Positions 36,034 through 45,612 of a stretch of 64,000 nt of DNA are shown piece by piece; the first letter of the stretch is position 1, and every line of letters begins with the position of its first letter. Source of the DNA: a virus (taxonomy: Duplodnaviria; Caudoviricetes); the IMG/VR virus record IMGVR_UViG_3300020576_002361, positions 1-64,000 of that record; one strand, written 5' to 3'. Below the pieces are notes generated by a model. The model worked only from the letters and a program-made list of their open reading frames with translations. It ran no database searches and was not told where the DNA came from. Made by a program: the position numbers and the translations under genes.

Positions 36034-36593
36034 TTCGATTTTTCCTTTATAATAGATACAACCATATGCCAAATTATACTCTGCCATTCTTCTGCGTGCG
36101 GGGTAATTCTACTATCAACTATAGTAGGAATATGTACACAAGCATTAGAACACTTCTTTGCATATCCACCATCACGGCCAACTATAGATAGTATAGATGC
36201 ACCGATCTTTTGTGCATATTTCATACAAGATACCAAATTAACTGAAGTGGTCTCGGAACCTCCCCCAACGCTCAAAACCAAAACCATATCATTCTTTGAA
36301 AAAGAAGAAACTTTAAGCCAATTGACATAACATAATTCCCAGCTTTCATCATTAATTCTCGCGGTGAGTTCAGAAACATTATCTGTCACACAATACGACT
36401 CTATTCCTAATATTTTTCGGAAATCATTTACAGCATGAGAAGAATTTCCGGCACTTCCGCCAACCCCCAAGATAAAAAGCCTACCGGCATTTCTTTTTAG
36501 TGTTTCGATTTGATAAATAAAATCTTCGATGCTATTTTGATCAATCGAATCGGCAATGTTCTTTACTTCATTCAAATACAATTGTATGCTCAT
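36030..36593 (-). CDS. gmhA: Phosphoheptose isomerase-like SIS protein
   Basis: GVGGSAGNSSHAVND, TARIND, SVGGGS; start MSIQLY at 36593. Confidence 0.8.
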   Translation of the reverse strand: MSIQLYLNEVKNIADSIDQNSIEDFIYQIETLKRNAGRLFILGVGGSAGNSSHAVNDFRKILGIESYCVTDNVSELTARINDESWELCYVNWLKVSSFSKNDMVLVLSVGGGSETTSVNLVSCMKYAQKIGASILSIVGRDGGYAKKCSNACVHIPTIVDSRITPHAEEWQSIIWHMVVSIIKEKSK

Positions 36594-36598
36594 GATTA

Positions 36599-37291
36599 TT
36601 ACTCCAATACAAAGCAAGCCTGCGAATAATCTCTGCCTGGATGAAATGCTAAAATCTTATATTCAAATCCAGTTTTGAGTAAAAACTCTGCAAATGCCTT
36701 AACTTCATGATTTTTGTCTTTGAACTCTGGATATCCAGGAAAGTCATCAAAACAAATAACCGTTCCTTTAATGAACCTAGATTCCAATTGTTCAAAAATA
36801 GTCTTAGCAGAGCTATACAAATCGGAATCTATATGAATAAATGAAATAGATTCCTTATTATTTTTAATAAATTCGGGAATAGTCTTCTCGAAAAAACCAG
36901 CATACAATCTAACATTCGTAGGCCAAGGAATAGTTGCCCGAGTTGGAGAAGAATCGTACATTCCTGGATTTGAAAACTCGTTACTTAAATCTATAGCTCC
37001 ATCAGGAACTTTGCCATTTAAGGAATAAACACCCAAAGGATTATTTGCATCCCAGTGTTCATGCAATCCATAAAAACTATCAAAACCATGAACTATGTTA
37101 TCTGTATTTTTTGCTATATGCTGTATAGTCTTTCCTCTATAAACTCCCATTTCCAACCACAATCCCTGTAATGTCGGGTATGTGGTACACTGATACATCC
37201 AAGTTTTATGGTTATCTAATACTGTTTTAATCCAAGGTGCTTTATCTAACGTAGACAATATTTCATCAATTTTTTCATTTACTGTCATCAT
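36599..37291 (-). CDS. TylF/MycF-like O-methyltransferase
   Basis: LEMGVYRG, GFDSF.GL.E.W, GFFEKT, IHIDSDLYSS. Confidence 0.8.
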   Translation of the reverse strand: MMTVNEKIDEILSTLDKAPWIKTVLDNHKTWMYQCTTYPTLQGLWLEMGVYRGKTIQHIAKNTDNIVHGFDSFYGLHEHWDANNPLGVYSLNGKVPDGAIDLSNEFSNPGMYDSSPTRATIPWPTNVRLYAGFFEKTIPEFIKNNKESISFIHIDSDLYSSAKTIFEQLESRFIKGTVICFDDFPGYPEFKDKNHEVKAFAEFLLKTGFEYKILAFHPGRDYSQACFVLE

Positions 37292-37982
37292 AAATCCTTT
37301 TTCTTAATTCACTAGAAGACCAATCATGATTTCTATCATGATAGTATATATTCTTACACCACTCTTCGCCTGTTATAGGTTTTCCTTTGCAATCTGATCC
37401 TAATATTCTAATATCTGGTTTTATTTTACATAATATATTTTTTAAATCCTCTTCTGTATGATATATTATAATTTCATCTACATTTCTATTAGATTGTAAC
37501 TGTAACAATCTTTCATCCAGACTTTGTATGGGCTTATTTTTACTAGGTCTTTCTACACTCGGGTCGTCATGAAGGCCTGCAATTAGATAGTCGCATACTT
37601 TTTTTGCTTCATTCAAATACAAGCAATGTCCGGCGTGGAGCAAATCAAAACAACTAGCAACAAATCCAACCAATCTAATATCATTATTTTTGCGCCAATC
37701 TATACTATTTATGGCCTTATCGTCAATAAAGCAGTCATAACTTGGCTTTTTCAATATCAATCTATGATATTTTAGACCCCAAGATTTCAATTGCGATTCT
37801 GTCAATTCTCTGTAATCTATACCAGAAGTACTACCTCTTGCTGTAAAAATTGTTATATCATGCCCGCTATTATACAAACCATTGATGAAAGATATTACCT
37901 TATCATAAGGAATAGCTTCGCTGTATATACGAGAAGACGGGGTTAAACATATAGTTTCATCTAAATCAAAGCAATATTTCAT
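37275..37982 (-). CDS. HAD-type phosphatase fused to a cytidylyltransferase (TagD-like) domain
   Basis: FDLDETIC...DCFIDDK; then FDLLHAGH...SSSELR. Confidence 0.85.
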   Translation of the reverse strand: MKYCFDLDETICLTPSSRIYSEAIPYDKVISFINGLYNSGHDITIFTARGSTSGIDYRELTESQLKSWGLKYHRLILKKPSYDCFIDDKAINSIDWRKNNDIRLVGFVASCFDLLHAGHCLYLNEAKKVCDYLIAGLHDDPSVERPSKNKPIQSLDERLLQLQSNRNVDEIIIYHTEEDLKNILCKIKPDIRILGSDCKGKPITGEEWCKNIYYHDRNHDWSSSELRKRIYDDSK

Positions 37983-38659
37983 TTGACTTTCTCATAAAAA
38001 GAATCTGCGCAGGCTGTAATAAATTTTCGATATCCAAACTCGGCAAGATAATTTGCAACCCCACCCTCATCATTATTCTCACAACTGATAAGCCCAACGC
38101 TGTAATTTCGCAAGTCAAGACCTCGCAAAATCTCCAATTCGTGTCCTTCGCAATCAATTGAAAGATAATCGACGTGTTGTATGTTATTATCTTTCAATAT
38201 ACTATTCAAGGTAAGACAAGATACATCAGTTTTTTTTAGTTTACTTCCGTGTATTATCAATTCCTTTTGGATTCTTTCTTCCGACGCAGCATCAACGCAC
38301 GAAGCAAGTCGAGAAAGACCGTTTGCACCAGTATCAATTTCATAAAATTTGGCTATACCCTCTGACGAGGCACAAGCACAATCATAGAATTTATTCTTAT
38401 CCGAGCTTCTATTTTTTGTCAATTGCTCAAAGAGATACTTATTTGGTTCAATACAAATTCCACTCCATCCATAGAAATCCTCCAACATAAGAGTATTGTC
38501 CCATGCAATACCATCATTGGCTCCAACATTCACATAAAATAGATCTCTTTTACCATGATAATACCGTACAGGGATTTCGGCTGGTTGTGGCCTTTGGATG
38601 CCGCAATCTCCATTAAATCCGGGGTATTTCCTTAAAAATTCTTCCAAAGGAACATTCAT
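37979..38659 (-). CDS. FkbM-family methyltransferase
   Basis: VNVGANDG, GICIEPN, LSIDCEGHE. Confidence 0.85.
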   Translation of the reverse strand: MNVPLEEFLRKYPGFNGDCGIQRPQPAEIPVRYYHGKRDLFYVNVGANDGIAWDNTLMLEDFYGWSGICIEPNKYLFEQLTKNRSSDKNKFYDCACASSEGIAKFYEIDTGANGLSRLASCVDAASEERIQKELIIHGSKLKKTDVSCLTLNSILKDNNIQHVDYLSIDCEGHELEILRGLDLRNYSVGLISCENNDEGGVANYLAEFGYRKFITACADSFYEKVK

Positions 38660-39729
38660 TTTATAGCACTCTCCAACGCATTACAAATTGCGGTTTTAAC
38701 TGTTGTGTACTCATATTTATCCTTGTATTTTTGAAGAACCGCGAGAGAAGATGTATTACGATACGCGTCATCGTTTCGCAAACGAATCATTTCGTCAGTA
38801 TATTCTTCTATGCTGTTAGCAATTTTATCACATCCCTACAACATTTCAACATGCCCCTGATCTACATCTGATGGATGTGAAATAAGAGGCAATCCATGGG
38901 ACATAGCTTCTATGATACAAGCAGAGCATACTTCGCCAAAAGGTTTTGCGTGCGTATAACAATTTATTGTTCGTAAGAATTTGTGAATAACTTCTGTATC
39001 CGATGTATGATTTAAAAAATGTACATTTTTAATGTTACGATCTTTGGCATACTGTTTATACTTATCACATCCACCAAGAAGAATAAAATGACTGTCTTGA
39101 ATTCGAGAAAAAGCATCTAATGGAATGGTAGAAAATAATCCAGAATCATTTCGCTGATGAAACCCATAAACATATTCAGAATCACCGATTCCAAAATCTT
39201 TTCTAAAATCATCATTCTGTTGCGGTGGAATAAAAACGATGGATGGAATAATATGTAATTTAGAAATATCTCCCCCGTTATGTATCCATTTTTTAGCCTG
39301 CCATTGGCAAAGTAAAATATACTTTACAATATTATTTTGTTTGTGTACGTGAACTCCATGAACAGTATCTACAATAGGAGTCTTTGTAATATGGGTAAAT
39401 GGATACTCTGGATATCCACCGCGTGCAGAAACTACTAAATCATAATCATTTTCATTGAATTTAGAAAACAAATCTGTTCCATACCACATAGAATTGCTAA
39501 TCAGATCAACATGAACTGGAATTGTATTGATTCCAAAAGATTCAATGTATTGTTTTCTCATCGGATCATTTGGTGGATGCCGCCAATCGGTCCCTTCTGA
39601 CGGAGCATTATTAGTGTAAAAATAATCTACAGAATGACCGCGTTCGGCCATAAAAGCAGCTATAGTTTGCAAATATCGCTCGCCACCACCGGAACTCAAT
39701 CCTGCCGTTTTAATAAATGCTATTCTCAT
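38656..39729 (-). CDS. GT4 glycosyltransferase (357 codons) with in-frame TAG at codon 298 (38836-38838)
   Basis: GGGERY N-motif and GEVCSACIIEAMSHGLP motif. After the TAG the frame stays open for 59 codons (GCDKIANSIEEYTDEMIRLRND...) to a TGA overlapping the next ATG (ATGA). Confidence 0.8.
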
Positions 39730-39745
39730 TACTATTATTTCCTTA

Positions 39746-40420
39746 TTATCTCATTGATGTTTTATAAACACCGATTTCCGAGCCTTGTAGAACCAACGGC
39801 GGCTCCCACCAATATACCTCGTGATTGTGAAGATCCATCTGGTAATTCAGCTCCCAATCAATACACAAACTAAATGGAATAATAGTTTCAAGTAAGGTTT
39901 GACATGTTTCTTTTTTGATAACTGTCGCAGATACACATCTCGCCGCCGGATGCCCCTTTAAATAAACAGATTTGCCATCTACTATATTTTCCGCGTGTAA
40001 ATTACAACCAGAGCCGAGAAATATCATATCATACGTTTTTGGAGTTTCCTCATACATTTTACGAAATTTTAAAACAAAATCTGTATCCAAGATAGAATCG
40101 TCTTCTAAAATTAGAGCATAAGGATCATTTCCTTCAGCAATCTTCTTATAAACTTCTATATATTTAATGGTAACTGAGTAATCAGAAAGGCGCATCTCCC
40201 GTGGCTGCGCATGAGGAAACCACTTTTTGAATCTATTATATTGCTCTTCAAAAGACAAGTTACAATATTTTTCAATAATATCATTCGTTAACTCATTACC
40301 ATCAAAATCTTCATAAAAACCGTAATTTGAAAATCTATGAAACTTCATCTGACTAATCATCATATCTTTTCGTTTTTTTAATGTTTTACAATGGATGATG
40401 TAAGTTTTTAAGTCAAACAT
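39746..40420 (-). CDS. GT25-like glycosyltransferase
   Basis: YIIHCKTL.KR, ALILEDD, IDWELN. Confidence 0.8.
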   Translation of the reverse strand: MFDLKTYIIHCKTLKKRKDMMISQMKFHRFSNYGFYEDFDGNELTNDIIEKYCNLSFEEQYNRFKKWFPHAQPREMRLSDYSVTIKYIEVYKKIAEGNDPYALILEDDSILDTDFVLKFRKMYEETPKTYDMIFLGSGCNLHAENIVDGKSVYLKGHPAARCVSATVIKKETCQTLLETIIPFSLCIDWELNYQMDLHNHEVYWWEPPLVLQGSEIGVYKTSMR

Positions 40421-41316
40421 TTCTCAATAGCTCCTAATACATTAGATGGCAATATGCTTTCCGGTACTCTATTATTAACAAACCAAGGCTCTTTGAGCAT
40501 CGAAACATACAAATCAAAATCGGTATATACGTTTGTAATTTTTTCAAATACGTGTTCGTCACTTAAATCATTGGCATTTATGAAGCTTTTTACGTTAAAC
40601 TCTTCGGATACTCTGGGGCTTCCCCAATAAATTGGAATACTATTAGCAAACATCGGGTGAATCAACTTTTCTGTTGTGTACCCTTCTGATTGTGTGTGTT
40701 CAAATGCAACAGTAAACTTGAATTGTTTCAAAAATTGAAATTTTTCTATCGTATCGCTGCGTCCAGGAAGGCGACTGCCGGTATTGTTATACATAGAACC
40801 CGCAGACACAATAGAATTTGGAAATACATTCATTAACTTTGGTACAAATGATACTCTGCGACCTGTTGGATTAGATGATACAAAATTGCAAAATTTAGTC
40901 TTTGTTTTCAAATGAGATGTCATATCTATCTTTTTTTCAAGAAAAGCATCCAAAGAATAATGAAATGCATGATCTCTATTTGAATTATATGGTCGATTAA
41001 ACCAATTAAAATACATCGCCCATAAAGGAAGACGATAATTTTTCCCATTCTCTACGTACGAAAATGTGAATGCCAAATCACATTCATCCCAATTTGGCAA
41101 ACTATTTTCTCCCGTGTAATAAATCATCTTAGCTCTTGTACCCAAATATCGTTGTTTTTCATTCTTCCGATCATAGTCCACCGAGTAAAACACAATATCT
41201 GGATCAGTCTCATCTATAATTACTTTATACTTTGTAGATAGTAGATTGTAAAAATAGTTATCATCTTTGAAATGATTAGCCCAGAAATCGACAAAATTAA
41301 CTCGTAAAGTTTGCAT
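40408..41316 (-). CDS. GT10 alpha-1,3-fucosyltransferase-like
   Basis: YTGEN, FCNFVSSN, KFTVAFEHTQSEGYTTEKL, IPIYWGS. Confidence 0.85.
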   Translation of the reverse strand: MQTLRVNFVDFWANHFKDDNYFYNLLSTKYKVIIDETDPDIVFYSVDYDRKNEKQRYLGTRAKMIYYTGENSLPNWDECDLAFTFSYVENGKNYRLPLWAMYFNWFNRPYNSNRDHAFHYSLDAFLEKKIDMTSHLKTKTKFCNFVSSNPTGRRVSFVPKLMNVFPNSIVSAGSMYNNTGSRLPGRSDTIEKFQFLKQFKFTVAFEHTQSEGYTTEKLIHPMFANSIPIYWGSPRVSEEFNVKSFINANDLSDEHVFEKITNVYTDFDLYVSMLKEPWFVNNRVPESILPSNVLGAIEKCLT

Positions 41317-41893
41317 TTATAAAAATGAGCCCTCTATTGGAGAAGTGATTATCCCCATACTGTTTATTAAATGTTCTTCCATCAGATCTAGCAATTTCTT
41401 GCCATAACAAGGATTCTTCCTTATTATAAATTAATCCGTATTTTTTAAAGATATCAATCCAGTAGTCTTTCGATTTACAGTTAACATGATGATGCCCAGC
41501 CTGGCCAACGTCAGCATATGTAATGGCTGCTCTTTTTGATTGGGCAAATATTGTCATATAATTATCTTGAAACTTCTCTTCTACATGTTCAAGGAATTCG
41601 CACGACCAGGCTAAATCATAAATTTTTGAATCTTTCCATTTATCTCTAGAAAAATCATGCGCGATAATTTTATCTTTTACTACACTGTTTGACAAAACAT
41701 ATTCGGATCCATCTATTCCAGCGACAGTGGGGACATACTTTAAAAATTCTATTATAGAATATCCCATGCCACATCCAATATCGATGACAGATTGTACATT
41801 ATATTTTTTGCACATTAATCTCCACATTAATGGTGTAAAAGTGGCTGGGTCATTTTCTGCAATAAATCCTCCCAAATGACCCTCATCTATCAT
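41297..41893 (-). CDS. Class I SAM-dependent methyltransferase
   Basis: HLGG, VIDIGCGMG, WSCEFLEHVEE, GHHHVN; probable start MIDEG. Confidence 0.8.
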   Translation of the reverse strand: MIDEGHLGGFIAENDPATFTPLMWRLMCKKYNVQSVIDIGCGMGYSIIEFLKYVPTVAGIDGSEYVLSNSVVKDKIIAHDFSRDKWKDSKIYDLAWSCEFLEHVEEKFQDNYMTIFAQSKRAAITYADVGQAGHHHVNCKSKDYWIDIFKKYGLIYNKEESLLWQEIARSDGRTFNKQYGDNHFSNRGLIFINANFTS

Positions 41894-41921
41894 TGTTAAA
41901 TTGTTACCAAGATTTATAGTT

Positions 41922-42662
41922 TTAATAATCCAACCTCCACTGTTGTCCAGCAGCAAAATGCCTTATTATACAATTATCCTTTTTACTTCTTGCTATATTG
42001 TATTGAAAAATACCATCAGGAATACTGTTTCTATCCTCAGACAAAATAGTAGAATTCCATTCTGGTCCAAGAATCTCTACATTATTATACAAATCATCCA
42101 GAGAATATTTTATCTTATTTTTAAAGAACTCGTCTTGTGTTTGATGCCATCCTCGGTGAGGAAGTATTCTGAAATCAACCCAACTATGTCTAGGAACACC
42201 CGATAAGGTATACCATGCAGCCTGTTCGCGCCATAATTGCCACAATTCGGTATCTTTACATTCATTCCATAGTTTCTCATCTAATATAGACAAGATCATA
42301 TCGTTAGTCCATTCCGTTATTCTCATAGAATAATTACCCATACAATGAGAATTTCCATTATCTATAGCATATGTAAAATTTTTAGAATGAGGATATTCTA
42401 TACTGGTATCCTTTATAATCATATCAGCATCTAAGTGAAGTATTATGTCATTTTCTTTTACAATACCAGTTTGTATCAAATGCAAAGGAACTGTAAATTT
42501 CCACCATGTAGGGTTATTTCTAAAAATTTCAATGCCTGATGATACGATGTATTCATACCCATGCCGCTGACAATACTCTTTGTTTCTGGGAGAGTAATAG
42601 TTATCAAAGATTTCTTGCCTCTGATCTTTATAATTCGCAACTACCAGCATGAACTTTTTCAT
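41922..42662 (-). CDS. Glycosyltransferase (GT34/GMA12-MNN10-like)
   Basis: NKEYCQRHGYEY, WWK, HLDAD, EQAA, IRHFAAG. Confidence 0.65.
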   Translation of the reverse strand: MKKFMLVVANYKDQRQEIFDNYYSPRNKEYCQRHGYEYIVSSGIEIFRNNPTWWKFTVPLHLIQTGIVKENDIILHLDADMIIKDTSIEYPHSKNFTYAIDNGNSHCMGNYSMRITEWTNDMILSILDEKLWNECKDTELWQLWREQAAWYTLSGVPRHSWVDFRILPHRGWHQTQDEFFKNKIKYSLDDLYNNVEILGPEWNSTILSEDRNSIPDGIFQYNIARSKKDNCIIRHFAAGQQWRLDY

Positions 42663-43498
42663 ATATTTACTCTTTTTTCTATATTTTCACACACACCAGT
42701 CAAACTAAAATATGCATCGTAGTGTTTTTTTATATTGTGTCTTATAGTATTTTTTCTTTCTTGTGAGACAGAACGAAGTATTTCATCTATATTATCAATT
42801 TCTGTATCCTTTACTATTATACAATAGTCATCCCAATTTAACTCATCACTCCAGGGAAGATAATGAGAATCGCTTATATAAACAGGAATAGATCCCAGTT
42901 GCATACTTTCATAAAGCCTGCAACTGCTTCTACCATATCCTCTTGGGCACAAACAAAATTCACTTCTCTCTGTAATATCCTTAAATAATTCAAAACGTTC
43001 AGCCGGTACAGAAGCTTTCCAAGAGTCTATATTTAAACTATATTCCGGATTATCTTTTAATAAAGAACACATCTTGTTTCGTATTTCGTGAGTAGACGAC
43101 CCCACAAAAGAACAGAAAATATCTCTTTTTTTAGAGAGATTTGGGTTTTTTATCTTCGAACATATAGACGGCAAAGGAATCAAAGGTTTGTCATAGAAAT
43201 GACCACCAGAAGAGAATATGATAGTATCCTTGGGCAATCTCTCCCGAGGGGCATCATCATGCTGGCAAACTGTGAAATATTTTCCGTTGGGATCTAATCT
43301 ATTCAATATATTTTGAATATTAATCTGATGTTGATCACAATATAAAGTAGTCCAAAATATAGGCAAATAGGTACGATTGAAAGACTTGCCTTTTGACCAT
43401 TCATAGAAATAGTCCTCTAAATACAATCCTTCGTGATAAGGAGGGTATGTTGGATATTTCGGTGATGGACGTAACACATCAGGTATCATATAAACCAA
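42659..43498 (-). CDS. Exostosin (GT47)-like glycosyltransferase
   Basis: SEFCLCPRGYGRSSCRLYESMQLGSIPVYISD..LPW. Confidence 0.85.
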   Translation of the reverse strand: MVYMIPDVLRPSPKYPTYPPYHEGLYLEDYFYEWSKGKSFNRTYLPIFWTTLYCDQHQINIQNILNRLDPNGKYFTVCQHDDAPRERLPKDTIIFSSGGHFYDKPLIPLPSICSKIKNPNLSKKRDIFCSFVGSSTHEIRNKMCSLLKDNPEYSLNIDSWKASVPAERFELFKDITERSEFCLCPRGYGRSSCRLYESMQLGSIPVYISDSHYLPWSDELNWDDYCIIVKDTEIDNIDEILRSVSQERKNTIRHNIKKHYDAYFSLTGVCENIEKRVNI

Positions 43499-44166
43499 TT
43501 CCCATACTGCTTAAACATAGCGATTTTGTTTTCCAACCCAATCATATGATTATTGTGTATGATATGGGTGTTCTCTTTATTTATCTCAGTCTTATAAAAG
43601 ACATGACCATTCGGATATTTTTCTATAGGCAATAGTTGTATTTTTTCAGATAAATTCAAATCAGATACCATCTTATTAAAGATTATCTGATCGTCCATAT
43701 GATTATTGGCGCAAGAATTTATAATCGAGGTGCTTTCATCTGATTTTGAAAAATACATAAATCCAGTGCAATATAGAGATCCTGGTCTATCACACTGGAT
43801 GCATATCTTCTTTCCATACGAAAGAAGATCAGCTTCAACATTTTTCTTATATACTATATCTGTATCAGTAAAAACAAACTCACCTTGTTCTTGATAAAAC
43901 TTACGTATGATTTTCCATTTCCAGCTCACGATCTTAGAGAAAGAAGAAGATTCGTCGAAAGACCACGTTTGATAGCCCTGAAGATCTTCTGATAACTTCT
44001 TCCACGTATATACATTACACCCTGTATCAGTTAGACGAGAATAACTATCATCATCAAAGCAATGGATATAAATCTGCGAGGCATCTACACCCGTTTTACA
44101 CAAACTATGAATCATGTTTTTACATAAGTCAACGCATCCACTGTTGGTGTATGTCAAGTATTTCAT
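43486..44166 (-). CDS. Nucleotide-diphospho-sugar transferase (GT77-like)
   Basis: FTDTDIV, CTGFMYF, DDQIIFN, LPIEKYPNG, IHNN. Confidence 0.75.
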   Translation of the reverse strand: MKYLTYTNSGCVDLCKNMIHSLCKTGVDASQIYIHCFDDDSYSRLTDTGCNVYTWKKLSEDLQGYQTWSFDESSSFSKIVSWKWKIIRKFYQEQGEFVFTDTDIVYKKNVEADLLSYGKKICIQCDRPGSLYCTGFMYFSKSDESTSIINSCANNHMDDQIIFNKMVSDLNLSEKIQLLPIEKYPNGHVFYKTEINKENTHIIHNNHMIGLENKIAMFKQYGNWFI

Positions 44167-44990
44167 CTAGTTCTCTTTATTAACTCAAAGAGGCTATCGT
44201 CTGCCATCTTAAGAGTGTTTACATGTTCTAAGTTATTCATTATAGCTTGCATTTTACTAAAGTAAAGATCCGATGTCAAAGAATTGATATCAAATTTATC
44301 ATCAAGAAAGATGATGCCGTTTTCATCAAAATCCTCAACAATTCTATCAGTACCCCAATAAATAGGGATTGTGCCAGTTGCGAAACAATCAGTAATCTTC
44401 TCTGTATAATACTTGTCAACCTTGCAGTTTTCTATGACTATAGAAAACATATAAGGAAGCATACCCTGTGACTTATCTGGGTGAATACCCTCACCTAACT
44501 TTTGACTATCTAGAGTACCACCAAACAAATCAATTTTTCCTTGATACTTTTCTGCTATTTCGTTTCTTAAGAAATGCCCAGGAGCATATCTCTTTCTAGA
44601 AGCAAACATGGAGCATAACTTTTCTTTAACCGGAATCTCTCGTTTTTTTATCCAAGGTAGATTAGATCCAGCTGGGCAATATATGAAATTGGGTTCTAGA
44701 CCAACTAATTCATCTATACATGTATATAAAGCAGAATATGAATAGGAAATAAGTTTTCTATTGACCTTTATGTACTGTACGAGATTTCCCAATAAAGCAG
44801 GAGATTCTACTAACCACGCATACTTTTTTTGATTTAACTTAATTCCATGAGGTATGTAGTTATCGCATACCACAACCGGATCCTCTACAGTAGAATATGC
44901 CCGCCAATTAAATAAGGACGGGCATATTGTAGAGCAACTGCTATACGAAACATCAAAAGGTGGATTATATATTTGTAGGGTTTCTGTCAT
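44163..44990 (-). CDS. GT10-like glycosyltransferase
   Basis: YMFSIVIEN...YYTEKITDCFATGTIPIYWG. Confidence 0.8.
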   Translation of the reverse strand: MTETLQIYNPPFDVSYSSCSTICPSLFNWRAYSTVEDPVVVCDNYIPHGIKLNQKKYAWLVESPALLGNLVQYIKVNRKLISYSYSALYTCIDELVGLEPNFIYCPAGSNLPWIKKREIPVKEKLCSMFASRKRYAPGHFLRNEIAEKYQGKIDLFGGTLDSQKLGEGIHPDKSQGMLPYMFSIVIENCKVDKYYTEKITDCFATGTIPIYWGTDRIVEDFDENGIIFLDDKFDINSLTSDLYFSKMQAIMNNLEHVNTLKMADDSLFELIKRTR

Positions 44991-45609
44991 ATATTTTCAA
45001 TGATTTATTTGTCAAATCTTCCCATTTATTTTCGCTTTGTTTACTATTTGATTGATAGAAATAGGGTCTTATAGGAGTCAATACGTTATAAGAAGACAGC
45101 AAATTAGACATTGCTATATCAAACGGAGCCAACTTATCTATTAAGCATTCCTTAGAAGCTGTCATGGCTGCTGAAAGAAATGTTGGAGAAATGTAGATAA
45201 TAGCATGAGCTGCCAGTACATTAAATATTCTGGCATAATTTTGATTTATCTTTATACCAAACGGATTGCCTGCTGTAGATACACCAAGATAAACTGCGTC
45301 TGTATTATCTGGAATATCAAGTATTGGATTAAAATGTGGAGTAATATCCACATCATCTTCTAATATAAGAGAAGGCAGAGAAGGCTGACATTGCCTCATT
45401 GCATTGAGCTGAGCCAATCCAACCCCCATATAATGATTAATGGATTGATGATAGGCTTTGCCCTCAAAACCAGCAACTCGTATACCAGGAGTTCTCTGGT
45501 GGTTAATAAATCCATGGCTAGATAGCAAACTATTCATCGATCTATGATTTTCTGTATGCTCTATAAGATTTATCCAAAAAGTCGGTATTTTTCTTATATC
45601 AATAATCAT
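44965..45609 (-). CDS. GT25-like glycosyltransferase
   Basis: FWINL, LILEDDV, AAHAI, PFDI. Confidence 0.7.
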   Translation of the reverse strand: MIIDIRKIPTFWINLIEHTENHRSMNSLLSSHGFINHQRTPGIRVAGFEGKAYHQSINHYMGVGLAQLNAMRQCQPSLPSLILEDDVDITPHFNPILDIPDNTDAVYLGVSTAGNPFGIKINQNYARIFNVLAAHAIIYISPTFLSAAMTASKECLIDKLAPFDIAMSNLLSSYNVLTPIRPYFYQSNSKQSENKWEDLTNKSLKIYDRNPTNI

Positions 45610-45612
45610 AAT

